Assembly (NCBI GenBank): GCA_963748015.1 | Contig: CAVVHE010000004.1 | Coordinates: forward strand, 672,001 to 736,000 | Origin: Terriglobia bacterium | Lineage (GTDB): Bacteria > Acidobacteriota > Polarisedimenticolia > Polarisedimenticolales > JAIQFR01 | Length of the DNA stretch: 64,000 bases | Direction of reading: 5' to 3' | In this document: positions 35,488 through 46,488 of the stretch, piece after piece | How positions within the stretch are numbered: the stretch's first letter is position 1 | Layout: each line of letters starts with the position of its first letter | Notes under the pieces: generated by a model | What the model was told of the DNA's origin: nothing | Database searches by the model: none | The model's input: the letters and a program-made list of their open reading frames with translations, nothing else | Made by a program: the position numbers and the translations under genes

Positions 35488-37572
35488 ATGCGCAGGACAC
35501 CGGCTCTCCTCGCGGCGTTCGTCCTGGCGGCCGTCCTGGCCTCGCCGGCGCTCGCCTCGGCGACCATCGTCATCCAGAACAACAACGAGCCCGGCGTGGG
35601 ATTCAACGACCTCTCTCCCGCCGTCCCGGTCGGCGGCAACGGCGGAACGACGCTCGGCGAGCAGCGGCTGATCGCGTTCCAGCACGCGGCCGACATCTGG
35701 GGGGCGACGCTCGACAGCAACGCGACGATCGTCATTCTCGCCTCCTTCGAGCCGCTGACCTGCACCGACACCAGTGCCACGCTGGGCAGCGCCGGCGCGC
35801 TGAACGTCTACGCGAATTTCGCCAACGCCCCCGTCCCGAACACGTGGTATCCGGTCGCCCTGGCGAGCAGGCTCGCCGGCGTCCGGCTCCAGACCTCGCC
35901 CGACATCCGGGCCCGTTTCAACGTCAGCCTGGGCGAGCCCGGGTGCCTGACCGGTACCGGCTGGTACCTGGGGCTCGACACGAATCACGGAAACCAGATC
36001 GATCTGGTCACCGTGCTGCTGCACGAGTTCGCCCACGGTCTGGGTTTCCAGCAGTTCAGCAACCTGAACAACGGCGTCTTGCTGGGCTCGTCCACGCTCC
36101 GGCTGCCCGACGTCTACCTGCGCAAGCTCTTCGACAAGTCGCTCAACAAGTACTGGGACCAGATGAACAACCCGCAGCGCGCGGCGTCGGCCGTGAACGC
36201 GAGGCGGGTGGTGTGGGACGGTTCCCGCGTGACCGCGCGGGTGAGGGAGGTGCTATCGCCGGGCACGCCGGTTCTCTACGTGTCGTCTCCCGCGTCGACC
36301 CGCGGATACTACCCCGTCGGTAGGGCCTCGTTCGGCGCCGCGCTGTCGAGCCCGGGCGTCAGCGGCGCCCTCGTTCGCGCGCTCGACCCCGCCGACGCGG
36401 CCGGCGCGTCGACGTTCGACGCCTGCTCCCCCCTGACCAACGGCGCCGCCGTCGCGGGCAACGTGGTCCTCGTGGATCGCGGGACCTGCACGTTCGTGGT
36501 CAAGGTGAAGAACGCGCAGAACGCGGGCGCGACGGCGGTGGTGGTCGCCGACAACGCCGCCGGCTCCCCCCCGGCAGGGCTGGGAGGAAGCGACTCCACG
36601 ATCGTCATTCCCGCGGTGCGCATCACGCAGGCCGACGGTCTCACGATCAAGTCGGCGCTTCCTTCCGGCGTCGACGTCACGCTCGGGGTGGACATGACGG
36701 TGCGGCAAGGGGCGGACGAGTCGGATCGCGCGGTGATGTACGCGCCGAACCCCCTGGAGCCCGGCTCCTCGATCTCGCACTGGGAGACCATCGCCTCGCC
36801 GAACCAGCTCATGGAGCCCGCCATCAGCGGCGACCTCACCCACAGCGTGTCCGGCGTCGACCTGACGCTCGACCTGATGCGGGACATCGGGTGGTACGCG
36901 GATGCGGACCTGGACACGATCGAGGACAGCGTGGACAACTGCCCGTCGGTGGCGAATGCGGACCAGGCGAACCGCGACGGGGACGCATTCGGGGACGCCT
37001 GCGATACCGACAACGACAACGACGGCGTGGAGGATTCGGCAGACAACTGCTGGCTCGTGCCCAACCCGGACCAGGCGAACAACGACGGGGACGCTTATGG
37101 CGACGCCTGCGACGACGACGACGACAACGACGGCGTGTTGGACGTGGCGGACAACTGCCAGTTCGTGCCGAATGCCGATCAGGCGAACAACGACGAGGAT
37201 GCCTGGGGCGACGCCTGCGACGACGACGACGACAACGACACGGTCCTGGATGCGGTGGATGCCTGCCCGCTGGCAGCTCCCGCGTTGGGGCTGGACGCCG
37301 ATCGCGACGGCTGCACCGACACGCTCCCCGGGCTCAAGGGTTACGTGAGCGCCCTGCCGGCGCCGCCTTACGCGAAGAACGGCATGCTCGCGAAGCTGAC
37401 CGAGGCCGAAGGGGCGGTGGCCCGGGGCGACAGCCACGTCGCGGTGAGCAAGCTGTCCGACTTCATCAATCAGGTGGAGGGCCTGCGCGGAAGACACCTG
37501 AGCGATACGACCGCGGACCTGCTGATGCAGTACGCCTGGAACCTCATGGAGCTACTGGGAGGGGCGCTGTAG
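35488..37572 (+). CDS. Secreted zinc metallopeptidase with PA domain, TSP3-like repeats and a FIMAH-like helical C-terminus
   Basis: LLHEFAHGLGF; LVDRGTCTFVVKVKNAQNAGA (PA); DNC...N.DQAN.D.D..GDACD repeats; SKLSDFINQV. Confidence 0.85.
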   Translation: MRRTPALLAAFVLAAVLASPALASATIVIQNNNEPGVGFNDLSPAVPVGGNGGTTLGEQRLIAFQHAADIWGATLDSNATIVILASFEPLTCTDTSATLGSAGALNVYANFANAPVPNTWYPVALASRLAGVRLQTSPDIRARFNVSLGEPGCLTGTGWYLGLDTNHGNQIDLVTVLLHEFAHGLGFQQFSNLNNGVLLGSSTLRLPDVYLRKLFDKSLNKYWDQMNNPQRAASAVNARRVVWDGSRVTARVREVLSPGTPVLYVSSPASTRGYYPVGRASFGAALSSPGVSGALVRALDPADAAGASTFDACSPLTNGAAVAGNVVLVDRGTCTFVVKVKNAQNAGATAVVVADNAAGSPPAGLGGSDSTIVIPAVRITQADGLTIKSALPSGVDVTLGVDMTVRQGADESDRAVMYAPNPLEPGSSISHWETIASPNQLMEPAISGDLTHSVSGVDLTLDLMRDIGWYADADLDTIEDSVDNCPSVANADQANRDGDAFGDACDTDNDNDGVEDSADNCWLVPNPDQANNDGDAYGDACDDDDDNDGVLDVADNCQFVPNADQANNDEDAWGDACDDDDDNDTVLDAVDACPLAAPALGLDADRDGCTDTLPGLKGYVSALPAPPYAKNGMLAKLTEAEGAVARGDSHVAVSKLSDFINQVEGLRGRHLSDTTADLLMQYAWNLMELLGGAL

Positions 37573-37851
37573 CCTCGCGAATCGACGCTCGCCTGCTCCG
37601 CGCGCTTGCGTCGTCGAGCCTGCGGGAGGAACAGGGCGGATCGGGACGAAATCCCCCGAGTCCCCGGTGCCGTGCGCCGGTGCCGGTGTCCCTCGCTTGA
37701 CGGTCGCCTTCCGGAGCCGTATCTCTATGTTTCGCGCCCGTGCTCGGCGGGCCTCCCCTGCGATGAAAGCGGGTGTGCTCCTCGGTCGCCGCGGGGCGAC
37801 GAAGACGATCGCCGGGATGCAGCGCCGGCTTAGGGATACGGAGAGGTCGCC

Positions 37852-40548
37852 ATGAACGCACGACCGTCCTCGATGCGGTTCCGCGATACCGCGAACTCGA
37901 TCGCCATGATCTTGCTCGCCCTCGGCGTCGCGATGGGCGGGACCTCCTTCGCGAGCGCGCACATGGAACCGGGCGTTCAGGACGCCGGGCGAGCGTGGCT
38001 GAACGGGCTGGTGATGATCCTTCACGACCAGAAGGACCCGGCGGCGGTTCGGCAGGCGGTCGCGGACGCCGGCGGCACGATCGCGATCGAGGGTCCTGGC
38101 CTCGTCCTGGGGTGGCTACCGGAGGCCGCCACGGCGAAAGTTACAGCGCTGCCCGGGGTGCGCGGGATCCACGCGACTCCGATCGATCTCGGCGAGTCGG
38201 CCGGATTGAGCGCCGCCGCGAAACCGTTCGTCGCTTTCTTCAACGCGGTGTCGAGCGGGCAGCTGCAGGCGGAAGCCTCCGCCGCGGCGGCCGCGAAGGA
38301 AGGCGCCTTGCCGCTCGTAGGCGACGCGCTCGACGCGCCGCTCGCGAAAGACCCTGCCGCCAATGAGGTCATCGCCGCGGGCAACAGCGACACGATGTTG
38401 GGAACGGTCGCCGTCGCGTTGTTCTTCGTGGAGAGCAACGGCGCGATCGACCCCAACACCTACACGTGGAGTCCGACCGACGAACAGAACACGCTGAACA
38501 GGGCCCTCGCGGGGCTGGCGTGGTGGTCTTCCCGCGCCGCCTCGAGGGGCTTGTCGCTGTCCTTCGTTCCGGTCGTCTATGCCTCGACAAGCGCGGCGAG
38601 CCGGCAGGGGTACGAGCCGGTTCTTCACCAGAGCGGCGAGGACGGGCTCTGGATCGGCTCGATCATGAGCAGCCTCGGCTTCCCGGGGGACAAATTCTCG
38701 AGCACGCGCGCCTTCAACAGCTCGCTTCGAGCGAGCCAGGGCACCAACTGGGCCTACTCGGTCTTCATCGGGTACAACCCCGCGCCCGCATCCAGCACGT
38801 TCACCAACGGTTACTTCGCGTACGCCTACCTCGGCGGCCCGTTCACGCAGCTCCTGTTCCGCAACGACGGCTGGGGGGAGTACAACTTCGGCTTGGTCCT
38901 GACGCACGAGAGCGGCCACATCTTCTGGGCCTGCGACGAGTACTACCAGCCGGGTTACGGCGGCTGCACCTCGTGCGGGGCTTGCGCGCCCGCCGGGCCG
39001 CGGCCCAATTTCATCAACGGGAACTGCGAGTTCTGCACCGCGGCGGTCGCCTGCATGATGCGTGCGAACTCGGATGCGGTGTGCTGTTACACCGCGCTGC
39101 AAATCGGGTGGTCGGACCAGCTCGACTCGGACGGCGACGGCTACCCGGACGGCTGCGACAACTGCCGCTCCGTCCCGAACTCCGGCCAGACCGACCTCGA
39201 CGTGGACGGGATCGGGGACGCCTGCGACAACTGCAGCTCGGTCGCGAACTTCGACCAGACCGACACGGATCACGACGGCGTCGGGGAGGCTTGCGACAAC
39301 TGCCCGACGCTTCCGAATCCCGGTCAGGCGGACGTCGACTTCGACCGGATCGGAGACGTTTGCGACTCGTGCCCGCTGGATGGGGGGAACGACGTCGATC
39401 GCGACGGACTCTGCGGCAACGTGGACAACTGTCCGGTCGTTTCCAATCCCGCTCAGGCCGACGCCGACCAGGACGGATCGGGCGACGCCTGCGACAACTG
39501 TCCGACGGTGTCGAACAGCAATCAATCGGACGCCGACCACGACGGCAGCGGCGACGCCTGCGACAGCTGCACCGACACCGATGGCGACGGCCTCGGGAAT
39601 CCCGGCTTTGCCGCCAACACCTGCCCCATCGACGGGTGCCCGAACGCCTACGATCCCGGACAGGCCGACCAAGATCCGAACGGACCGGCGCTGCGCCAGT
39701 GGGCCTCGTCGGCAAGCGCCAGCAGCGAGTGGGCCGACTCGGCGATCCAGGCGACGGGGCCCCCCGACGTGCTCAGTTGCCTCGACGACGCTCTCGCCTG
39801 GGCGCCTCTCACCGATGGAGCCGACCCCGAGTGGCTCGAGGTGCGTTACGCGAGCGCGGTTCACGCGACCGGCATCGTCGTTTACGAGACCTCCGTGTTC
39901 GGTTCGGCGTACCGGGTCGAGCTGATCGACGAGCAGGGGACGTACCGCACGGTCTGGACCGGGACGGATCCTGCCGCGTGCGGGACGACTTTCTCTCCGG
40001 CCTGGACACGGACCTCGTACCCGGTCGTGGGTGCCAGGATCCACACCGCGATTGCCGGCTGGGAGGAGATCGACGCCGTCGAGCTGATCGGGACGGTTCC
40101 TCCGCCGTCGCCGGGTGACGGGGTCGGGGATGCGTGCGACAACTGCCCCACGGTCTACAACGCCGACCAGGCCGACGCGGATCAGGACGGGCGCGGCGAC
40201 GTATGCGATTGCGCGCCCGCGAGCGCCGCAGCGTGGGCGGTGCCGGCCGCGGTGACGGGGTTGGGCTGCCCCGACAAGACGGCGATCGCGTGGGACTCGA
40301 TGGCGCCGCAGGCCGGACCGATCATCGCCTACGACGTGATCCGGGGAGAACTCGCCCAGCTCGCCGCGGGAGGCGGCTCCGAGAGCTGCGTGCGCCTGTC
40401 GGTCGCCGAGGCCTCGATCGCCGACGGCACGACGCCCGTCGCGGGAACGGGGTTCTACTACCTCGTGAGGGGCGGGAACGCGTGCGGCAAGGGCTCTTAC
40501 GGGCTCAGGACCAACGGGACCGAGCGCTCCAGCGCGGCCTGTCCGTGA
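37852..40548 (+). CDS. Secreted metallopeptidase-like protein with TSP3 repeats and C-terminal CP-ending domain
   Basis: [15 protein letters not shown]; many DNCP...N..Q.D.D.DG.GDACD repeats; [10 protein letters not shown] domain; [12 protein letters not shown]...ACP*. Confidence 0.85.
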   Translation: MNARPSSMRFRDTANSIAMILLALGVAMGGTSFASAHMEPGVQDAGRAWLNGLVMILHDQKDPAAVRQAVADAGGTIAIEGPGLVLGWLPEAATAKVTALPGVRGIHATPIDLGESAGLSAAAKPFVAFFNAVSSGQLQAEASAAAAAKEGALPLVGDALDAPLAKDPAANEVIAAGNSDTMLGTVAVALFFVESNGAIDPNTYTWSPTDEQNTLNRALAGLAWWSSRAASRGLSLSFVPVVYASTSAASRQGYEPVLHQSGEDGLWIGSIMSSLGFPGDKFSSTRAFNSSLRASQGTNWAYSVFIGYNPAPASSTFTNGYFAYAYLGGPFTQLLFRNDGWGEYNFGLVLTHESGHIFWACDEYYQPGYGGCTSCGACAPAGPRPNFINGNCEFCTAAVACMMRANSDAVCCYTALQIGWSDQLDSDGDGYPDGCDNCRSVPNSGQTDLDVDGIGDACDNCSSVANFDQTDTDHDGVGEACDNCPTLPNPGQADVDFDRIGDVCDSCPLDGGNDVDRDGLCGNVDNCPVVSNPAQADADQDGSGDACDNCPTVSNSNQSDADHDGSGDACDSCTDTDGDGLGNPGFAANTCPIDGCPNAYDPGQADQDPNGPALRQWASSASASSEWADSAIQATGPPDVLSCLDDALAWAPLTDGADPEWLEVRYASAVHATGIVVYETSVFGSAYRVELIDEQGTYRTVWTGTDPAACGTTFSPAWTRTSYPVVGARIHTAIAGWEEIDAVELIGTVPPPSPGDGVGDACDNCPTVYNADQADADQDGRGDVCDCAPASAAAWAVPAAVTGLGCPDKTAIAWDSMAPQAGPIIAYDVIRGELAQLAAGGGSESCVRLSVAEASIADGTTPVAGTGFYYLVRGGNACGKGSYGLRTNGTERSSAACP

Positions 40549-40590
40549 GGGCGCCCTCGCAGGGTCCGGCCGATCGCGCCGGCACGCGTC

Positions 40591-40899
40591 TCACTTGCGC
40601 CGCATCCCGCGCGTGAAGACCTTGCCGCTGATGATCTTGTGGGCCGGACGGCCGCCGATCATCCGGAGGCGCGCGAACTCCTGGCCGCACTGCGGACACC
40701 GCATGTCGCCTCGGGTGTGATCCTCGGCGATCCGCTCGAGGAGGCACTTGACCAGCCCGCCCGTCCCGCCCTTGTGGTAGCGGTAGAGCAGGACGCCGCA
40801 GCGGGCGCACAGGATGGCGATCGTTCGCGGTTCCACGGGTCTCGCGCTACCGGTCGGGCGGCGGCGCCGGGCTGCCTTCTTTTCCCGCGGGGGCGCCAA
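40591..40899 (-). CDS. Small basic putative zinc-binding protein (start uncertain)
   Basis: CARC...YRYHKGGTGGLVKC...CPQC. Confidence 0.65.
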   Translation of the reverse strand: MAPPREKKAARRRRPTGSARPVEPRTIAILCARCGVLLYRYHKGGTGGLVKCLLERIAEDHTRGDMRCPQCGQEFARLRMIGGRPAHKIISGKVFTRGMRRK

Positions 40900-41305
40900 G
40901 CAGCCATTTTCTCTCGGGCTCCTGGCCGATGCCGGACACGTCGACCCATGCCTGGATCAGCGCGTCATCCAGGAACACGAGAGAGAGCTGCGTCCGGGTT
41001 CTCTCGTCGGAACCGATCGGAGTTCCGAACAATCTGACCCGATTGTGCCCCTGCTGATACACCTCGTTGTAGACGAGCGTCGTGACCTGTCCATGCCGGG
41101 TGTGCTTCGCCGGAGCGCCGAACCGCGCGATCACATCCCCCTTGCTCATTCCCTCCTGGAGCACGAGAGAGAGGTCCTGGGGGAGGTCGACGCCGCCGAC
41201 GACCCCCTCCGGGGCCGGCAGGATCGAGCAGCCCACCCCGGTCAACGTCAGCGCGGCGATTGCGAGGAACGCCATCGACGGGGTGCGGTCTGCGATTGCC
41301 ATCAT
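40847..41305 (-). CDS. Lipoprotein with SmpA/OmlA (BamE)-like motif
   Basis: Lipobox-like GVGC; LQEGMSKGDVIARFGAP; start overlaps the radical SAM stop (ATGA). Confidence 0.6.
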   Translation of the reverse strand: MMAIADRTPSMAFLAIAALTLTGVGCSILPAPEGVVGGVDLPQDLSLVLQEGMSKGDVIARFGAPAKHTRHGQVTTLVYNEVYQQGHNRVRLFGTPIGSDERTRTQLSLVFLDDALIQAWVDVSGIGQEPERKWLLGAPAGKEGSPAPPPDR

Positions 41306-42705
41306 GCCTCCGGGGCGGACGCCTCGCGAGAGGGGAGGGTGCCAACAGGACGCTCCTTGGTCAAGTCCGGGGATCCGGCCGCCGGCGCGTCGCCGGCATG
41401 CGGTCCGTCGGGCCGGAGCACGTTCTCGAAGGACATCAGGCCGTCGGCGTAGCCGTTCAGCAGGAACGCGGGCAGCCGCCGGGTCGCGGCGGCGCCGACC
41501 AGGCGGCGTGCCGCCCGCCGCGGGGAGTGCAGGTCGGAGTAGGCGGCCCAGTAGGCCCGCTCGAGCTCGTGGGGCGTCATCCGGGCCGGCCGGTGGGTGA
41601 CGTGCGCCGCGTCGTGCTGCGGCCAGGGGCGGTCGAGCAGGCGTCCTGCCGCGGCCAGCTCGTTGCGCAGCGGCGTGGCCGGGAAGGGGGTGACCATGTT
41701 CAGGAACGCGAGGTCCACTCCGATCTCCTGGACCGCCTCCGGGATGAGCCGGATGGTCTCGGGGGTGTCGTCGTCGAGGCCGACGATGATACCGGCCTGT
41801 ACGGCGATTCCCGCGTCGTGGAAGGCGCGGACCGCGCGCCGGTAGTCGGCCACCTTGTTCGTTCCCTTGCGGACCTGGAGCAGGTTGGAGGCGCTGAAGC
41901 TCTCGAGCCCCACGAACACGGCAAGGCAGCCGCTCGCGGCCGCGAGCCGCAGGAGGTCCGCGTCCTGCGCCACGTCGATCGAGGCCTGGGTCCACCACCA
42001 GCGCCGGAGCGGGCGCAGCGCGGCGAAGAGGCGGCGCGCGTAGGCCCGGTCCGCGGTCAGGTTGTCGTCCCAGAACCAGACCATCTTGCGCTGCAGCCAG
42101 GAGCGACCGTCGCACGCCTCGATGTCGCGAACCACCTCCTCCACCGGCCGCGCGCGAAAGCCCCGGTCGAGCTGCTTCAGCGTGCAGAAGGTGCAATCGA
42201 AAGGGCAGCCGCGGGTCGCCTGGACGAAGCAGCGGAACTGAAAGGATTCCTCGAGGAGGTCGTAGCGGGGCGTGGGCAGGCCCGACAGCGGGAGACCGGC
42301 CGCCTGGCGGTAGATGCCGCGGAGCGCGCCTCGCTCGAAGTCGGCGAGCATCCGCGGGAACGAGAGCTCGGCGTCGCCCACCGCCACGGCGTCGGCGTGC
42401 GCCGAGGCCTCCTCCGGGCAGAGCGAGGCGTGCGTCCCGCCCAGGATCACGGCGTGGCCGCGTGCGCGCAGCCGGTCCGCTAGCTCGTACATGCGCCCCG
42501 AGCCGCCGGTGGTGGCGGTGATCGCCACGAGGTCGGCATCCACGTCCTCCGGATCCACGGCGCGGGCGTGCTCATGGCGGACCGCCACCTCGATGCCGCT
42601 CGGACAGAGGGCGGCGAGGTGGATGGCCGAAAGAGAAGGGAAACGTCGAGCGCGCTCGTCGCCCCGGAAGCGGTCCTGCCAAGCGCTGACGATCAGCACC
42701 TTCAC
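41302..42705 (-). CDS. B12-binding domain radical SAM protein
   Basis: N-terminal B12-binding pattern (DLVAIT...VILGGTHAS...VGDAE); RGCPFDCTFC; DDN; VFVGLES. Confidence 0.9.
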   Translation of the reverse strand: MKVLIVSAWQDRFRGDERARRFPSLSAIHLAALCPSGIEVAVRHEHARAVDPEDVDADLVAITATTGGSGRMYELADRLRARGHAVILGGTHASLCPEEASAHADAVAVGDAELSFPRMLADFERGALRGIYRQAAGLPLSGLPTPRYDLLEESFQFRCFVQATRGCPFDCTFCTLKQLDRGFRARPVEEVVRDIEACDGRSWLQRKMVWFWDDNLTADRAYARRLFAALRPLRRWWWTQASIDVAQDADLLRLAAASGCLAVFVGLESFSASNLLQVRKGTNKVADYRRAVRAFHDAGIAVQAGIIVGLDDDTPETIRLIPEAVQEIGVDLAFLNMVTPFPATPLRNELAAAGRLLDRPWPQHDAAHVTHRPARMTPHELERAYWAAYSDLHSPRRAARRLVGAAATRRLPAFLLNGYADGLMSFENVLRPDGPHAGDAPAAGSPDLTKERPVGTLPSREASAPEA

Positions 42706-42792
42706 TCAGGAAGCATACGCCGATTGCTTGGCCGCGGCCGCGAGCGTACAGTCCCGCAGTCGATCGAGCACGCCTGCGGTGCGGGGGAAATT

Positions 42793-43806
42793 GTGCGGGT
42801 CATCGAGCGATTCGGCGAGGCGGGAACGCTGCCGCCAGGCTGGGACGCCGCGGCCGGCTCCTGGTTCCGGCAGCGCGAGTTCCTGGCCCACGCCGAGCGT
42901 TGGAACCCTTGCCGGCAGCGCTATTACCTGCTGCGGAACGGCGAAGCGGTCCGGGCCGGCGCCATCGTCTACTCGCTCAGGCTCGACCTCCTCACCTTCC
43001 TTCGCATCCCGAGCCCCGTCACCATGCACGTGGTCGGCATCCCGGTCGGCATCGCCACGCCGGGTTACTTCGGCGCGGCGGCGGACCGGACGGAGCTGCT
43101 GCGCCACGTGGCGGCGGGGGAGCGCGGCCTGCTCCTGGTGCTCAACGCCGGCGCCGGGGACGACCTCCCCATCGGAGTTCGATGCCGGATGATCCCCACC
43201 GTCATGCTCGACCTCCGCTTCCGGGATTGGGCGGCCTACGAGCGGGCCCTGCGCGCGCCTTACCGGCGGCGGCTCCGGATGGTGCTGCAGCTGGCCGGCC
43301 GGCTCGAGGCGGTCACCACGCGGTGCGATCGCTTCACCGAGGCGCATCAGGCCCTGTACCGGCAGGTCCACGACCGCGCGGCGGCCAAGCTGGAGACGCT
43401 GACCCTCGACTTCTTCCGGCACCTCCCGGAGCGGTTCGCCCTCACGAGTTACACTGATGGAGGGCGGCTCGTGTCCTGGACCATCACCGTCCCCGACGGC
43501 GACCTCTTCATGTACTTCTTCGGCGGCATGGACTACGCGGTGCTCCGCGCCACGCAGGCCTACCTGGTCGGCCTGGCGGGGATCGTCCGGCAGGGCATAG
43601 AGCGTGGCCTCCCCCGGCTCGATCTGGGGCAGACCGCCGACGACCCCAAGCTGCGCTTCGGCGGAACGCTGGTGAGGAAGGACATGTACGTCTGCCACCG
43701 GCGCGCCGGGCTGCAGGTGCTCCTGCGCTGGCTGCGCCCCGTGCTCGAGTACCGCGGGCGGGCTCCGGCCTTCCACGTCTTCCGCTCGGAGGGAGGCGCC
43801 GAGTGA
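42793..43806 (+). CDS. GNAT/FemAB-like acyltransferase-fold protein
   Basis: WAAYERALRAPYRRRL, LYRQV, FFGGMDY, LDLGQTA..PKLRFGG. Confidence 0.7.
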   Translation: MRVIERFGEAGTLPPGWDAAAGSWFRQREFLAHAERWNPCRQRYYLLRNGEAVRAGAIVYSLRLDLLTFLRIPSPVTMHVVGIPVGIATPGYFGAAADRTELLRHVAAGERGLLLVLNAGAGDDLPIGVRCRMIPTVMLDLRFRDWAAYERALRAPYRRRLRMVLQLAGRLEAVTTRCDRFTEAHQALYRQVHDRAAAKLETLTLDFFRHLPERFALTSYTDGGRLVSWTITVPDGDLFMYFFGGMDYAVLRATQAYLVGLAGIVRQGIERGLPRLDLGQTADDPKLRFGGTLVRKDMYVCHRRAGLQVLLRWLRPVLEYRGRAPAFHVFRSEGGAE

Positions 43807-45170
43807 AGGTGCTCCTGGTCCGCCCCCGGCAACCGGACGACACGATCGGGCTGCAGCACCTCATGGTGGTGGAGCCGCTCGAGCTCGAGGTCATCGGCGC
43901 GCTCGTCGCGCCTCCCGACGAGGTGGCGGTCGTCGACCTCATCCTCGAGGACGAGCCGCTCGAAGTTTTCCTGGCCCGCGAGCGGCCCGACGTGGTGGGA
44001 CTGACCGGCTACATCACCAGCGTGGGCGTGGTGCACGAGCTGGCGGCGCGTGTGAAGCGCTGGTCGCCGCGCGCCGTCACCGTGGTGGGGGGGCCGCACG
44101 CCGAGGTGTGCCCCGGGGACTTCGACGGCCCGGCCGTCGACTTCCGCGTGGTCCGCAACGCCACCACCGAGTTCCCGCGGCTGCTGGCGCACCTCAAGGG
44201 GCTCGGGCCGCTTCCGGAGGGCGTCCTGGTGCGTGGGCAGCCGCTCGACGACGCGCGCCTTCCTCCCTTCGATTTCACCTATCCGACTCCGCGGCGCGAC
44301 CTGACGGCTCGCTACCGCGACCGCTACTTCTACCTGTATCAGGACCGAGTGGCGCTGGTGAAGACGTCGTTCGGCTGTCCCTTCACCTGCCGATTCTGCT
44401 TCTGCCGCGTGATGACGCGCGACCATTACGAGGTCCGGCCTCTCCCCGAGGTGCTCGACGAGATCGAATCGCTCCGCGAGGAGGAAGTCTACGTCGTGGA
44501 CGACGACTTCCTGGTGTCGCGGGAGCGCGTGCTGGCCTTCGTCGAGGGGCTCGAGCGGCGCGGCATCAGGAAGCGCTTCCAGGTCTACGGGCGGTCGGAC
44601 TTCATCGCCGCGAACGCGGACGTCATCGCGCGCTTCCGCACGGCCGGCCTGAGCGTCGTGATCGTGGGGATCGAGTCGTTCGACGACGAGGAGCTGGAGC
44701 GGTACGGCAAGCGCGCGGAGGCCGAGGCCAACGTCCGCGCGCTGCGGCTGCTGGAGGCGGAGGGGATCGACGTCTACGCGACCATCATTCTCTCGCCCGA
44801 GTGGGATCGCGCCGACTTCGCCCGGCTGGACCGCCTGATGTCGGAGCTGCGCATCCGCTTCGCCAACCTGCAGCCGCTCACCCCTTTGCCGGGGATCGAG
44901 TACCAGGTGGACGACGCGCGGCTCGTCGAGAGGCGCGACGACTGGGCGAAGTGGGACCTGGCCCACGTCACGGTGCGGCCCACCCGGGTCGGGGTGGGGG
45001 AGTTCTACGCGGAGACGATGAGGCTCTACCGCCGGATGATCTGGCGGCCGCGCAACCTGTGGAGGAACCGGAGGTACCCGCTCCACATGCAGTGGCGGAT
45101 CCTTCGCGGGCTGGCGCGCGTGGGGCGCCAGTACCGCCGGGCGCGGCGGGACGCCCTCGGCCGTGCCTGA
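43803..45170 (+). CDS. B12-binding domain radical SAM protein
   Basis: KVLLVRP..., PDVVGLTG, VVGGPHA; FGCPFTCRFCFC; DDDF; IVGIES; GTGA overlap. Confidence 0.9.
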   Translation: MKVLLVRPRQPDDTIGLQHLMVVEPLELEVIGALVAPPDEVAVVDLILEDEPLEVFLARERPDVVGLTGYITSVGVVHELAARVKRWSPRAVTVVGGPHAEVCPGDFDGPAVDFRVVRNATTEFPRLLAHLKGLGPLPEGVLVRGQPLDDARLPPFDFTYPTPRRDLTARYRDRYFYLYQDRVALVKTSFGCPFTCRFCFCRVMTRDHYEVRPLPEVLDEIESLREEEVYVVDDDFLVSRERVLAFVEGLERRGIRKRFQVYGRSDFIAANADVIARFRTAGLSVVIVGIESFDDEELERYGKRAEAEANVRALRLLEAEGIDVYATIILSPEWDRADFARLDRLMSELRIRFANLQPLTPLPGIEYQVDDARLVERRDDWAKWDLAHVTVRPTRVGVGEFYAETMRLYRRMIWRPRNLWRNRRYPLHMQWRILRGLARVGRQYRRARRDALGRA

Positions 45171-46488
45171 GCTCCTGCTCGTCCAGCCCACGCAGTACAG
45201 CGCCGACGGGCGGACGCTGGTCAAGCAGCGCCGTCTGCACCTGCCGGGACTCGCGTTGCCGCTCCTGGCGGCGACGGTGCCGGACCACTGGAACGTCCGC
45301 CTCGCGCTCGAGGTGATCGACCCGATCGACTTCGACGCGCCCGTGGACCTCGTCGGCATCGGGGGGATGGGGCACGCGCTCTTCCGCGGCATGGAGATCG
45401 CCCGGGAGTTCCGGCGGCGCGGAAAGCGCGTCTTCTTCGGCGGGATGATGGCGTCGCTCGTCCCGGACCTCGTCCTCGAGAGCGCCGAGTCGGTGGTGGT
45501 GGGGGACGGGGAGCGGGCGCTGCCGCGGCTCCTGGCCGACTTCGAGGCCGGGCGCCCGCTGCAGCGCACCTACAGCGAGCCGCTGGAGTCGCTGGCCGGT
45601 CTCCCGGTGCCCCGCTACGACTTGCTGGCCGCAAAGCGGATCGGGGGCATGCTGCCGGTCCAGGCGGGACGCGGGTGCACCCACGATTGCAGCTTCTGCT
45701 CGATCGCCGCGGTCTACCGACAGAGGTACCTGTCGCGCCCGGTGGCCGACGTGGTTCGGGACGTGGAGGCGGTCCGCGCGCTCGGCTATCGCCGCTTCCT
45801 CCTGATCGACGACAACATCGTCAGCGACCCGTCCTACTTCCTCGAGCTGTGCGAGGCGCTGCGACCGCTCCGGATGACCTGGGCCAGCCAGTGCTCGATC
45901 TCGATCGCCCGGAGCGACGGGCTCCTGGCCGCAGCGCGCCAGGCGGGCTGCCGAATCCTCTCGTTCGGTATCGAGACCATCCGGCAACACGGCCTCGAGT
46001 CGGTCGGCAAGCCGTGGGTCCGCGCCGAGGAGCACGGGCCGCTGCTGCGCAAGGTGGCCCGGGCCGGCATCCTGCCGAGCACCGAGATGATGTTCGGCCT
46101 CGATGGCGACACGGCCCAATCGATGGAGGAGACTCTGGCGTTCGTGGAGCGGGAGCGGCTGCCGATACCGCGGTTCTACGTGATGACCCCGATCCCGGGC
46201 ACGCCGCTCTTCGACGAGCTGCGGCGCGACGGGCGGCTCCTCCACGAGGACTTCTCGCGCTACACCGGCTACCAGTGCGTGCACCAGCCGCTCAACCTGT
46301 CGAGCGGGGAGGTGGACCGGCGCTACGACGAGCTCAACCGCCGGGTCTACTCGCCCGGATCGATCCTCCGTCGGACGCTCCTGAACCCCGACCTGTGGCG
46401 CAACCCCGGCGCGTACCTTCTCGCGTTCTTCGTCAACCTCCGCTACCTGCAGCACGTGCGGCGCAATGACATCCCCCTCGTCTACTGA
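45163..46488 (+). CDS. B12-binding domain radical SAM protein
   Basis: LPGLALPLLAA, DLVGIG, VGDGE; RGCTHDCSFC; DDN; FGLDGD; TPIPGTPLF. Confidence 0.9.
   Translation: MPELLLVQPTQYSADGRTLVKQRRLHLPGLALPLLAATVPDHWNVRLALEVIDPIDFDAPVDLVGIGGMGHALFRGMEIAREFRRRGKRVFFGGMMASLVPDLVLESAESVVVGDGERALPRLLADFEAGRPLQRTYSEPLESLAGLPVPRYDLLAAKRIGGMLPVQAGRGCTHDCSFCSIAAVYRQRYLSRPVADVVRDVEAVRALGYRRFLLIDDNIVSDPSYFLELCEALRPLRMTWASQCSISIARSDGLLAAARQAGCRILSFGIETIRQHGLESVGKPWVRAEEHGPLLRKVARAGILPSTEMMFGLDGDTAQSMEETLAFVERERLPIPRFYVMTPIPGTPLFDELRRDGRLLHEDFSRYTGYQCVHQPLNLSSGEVDRRYDELNRRVYSPGSILRRTLLNPDLWRNPGAYLLAFFVNLRYLQHVRRNDIPLVY

Noticed and set aside
36900..39670. Tandem Asp/Cys-rich DNA repeats as a possible CRISPR array or VNTR
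   Set aside because: They are in-frame thrombospondin type 3-like coding repeats with degenerate codons. There is no repeat-spacer structure and no cas gene.
41302..46488. B12-radical SAM genes as maturases of the small peptides
   Set aside because: They are 20 kb away, have no recognisable RRE domain, and sit in their own GNAT-containing operon context.
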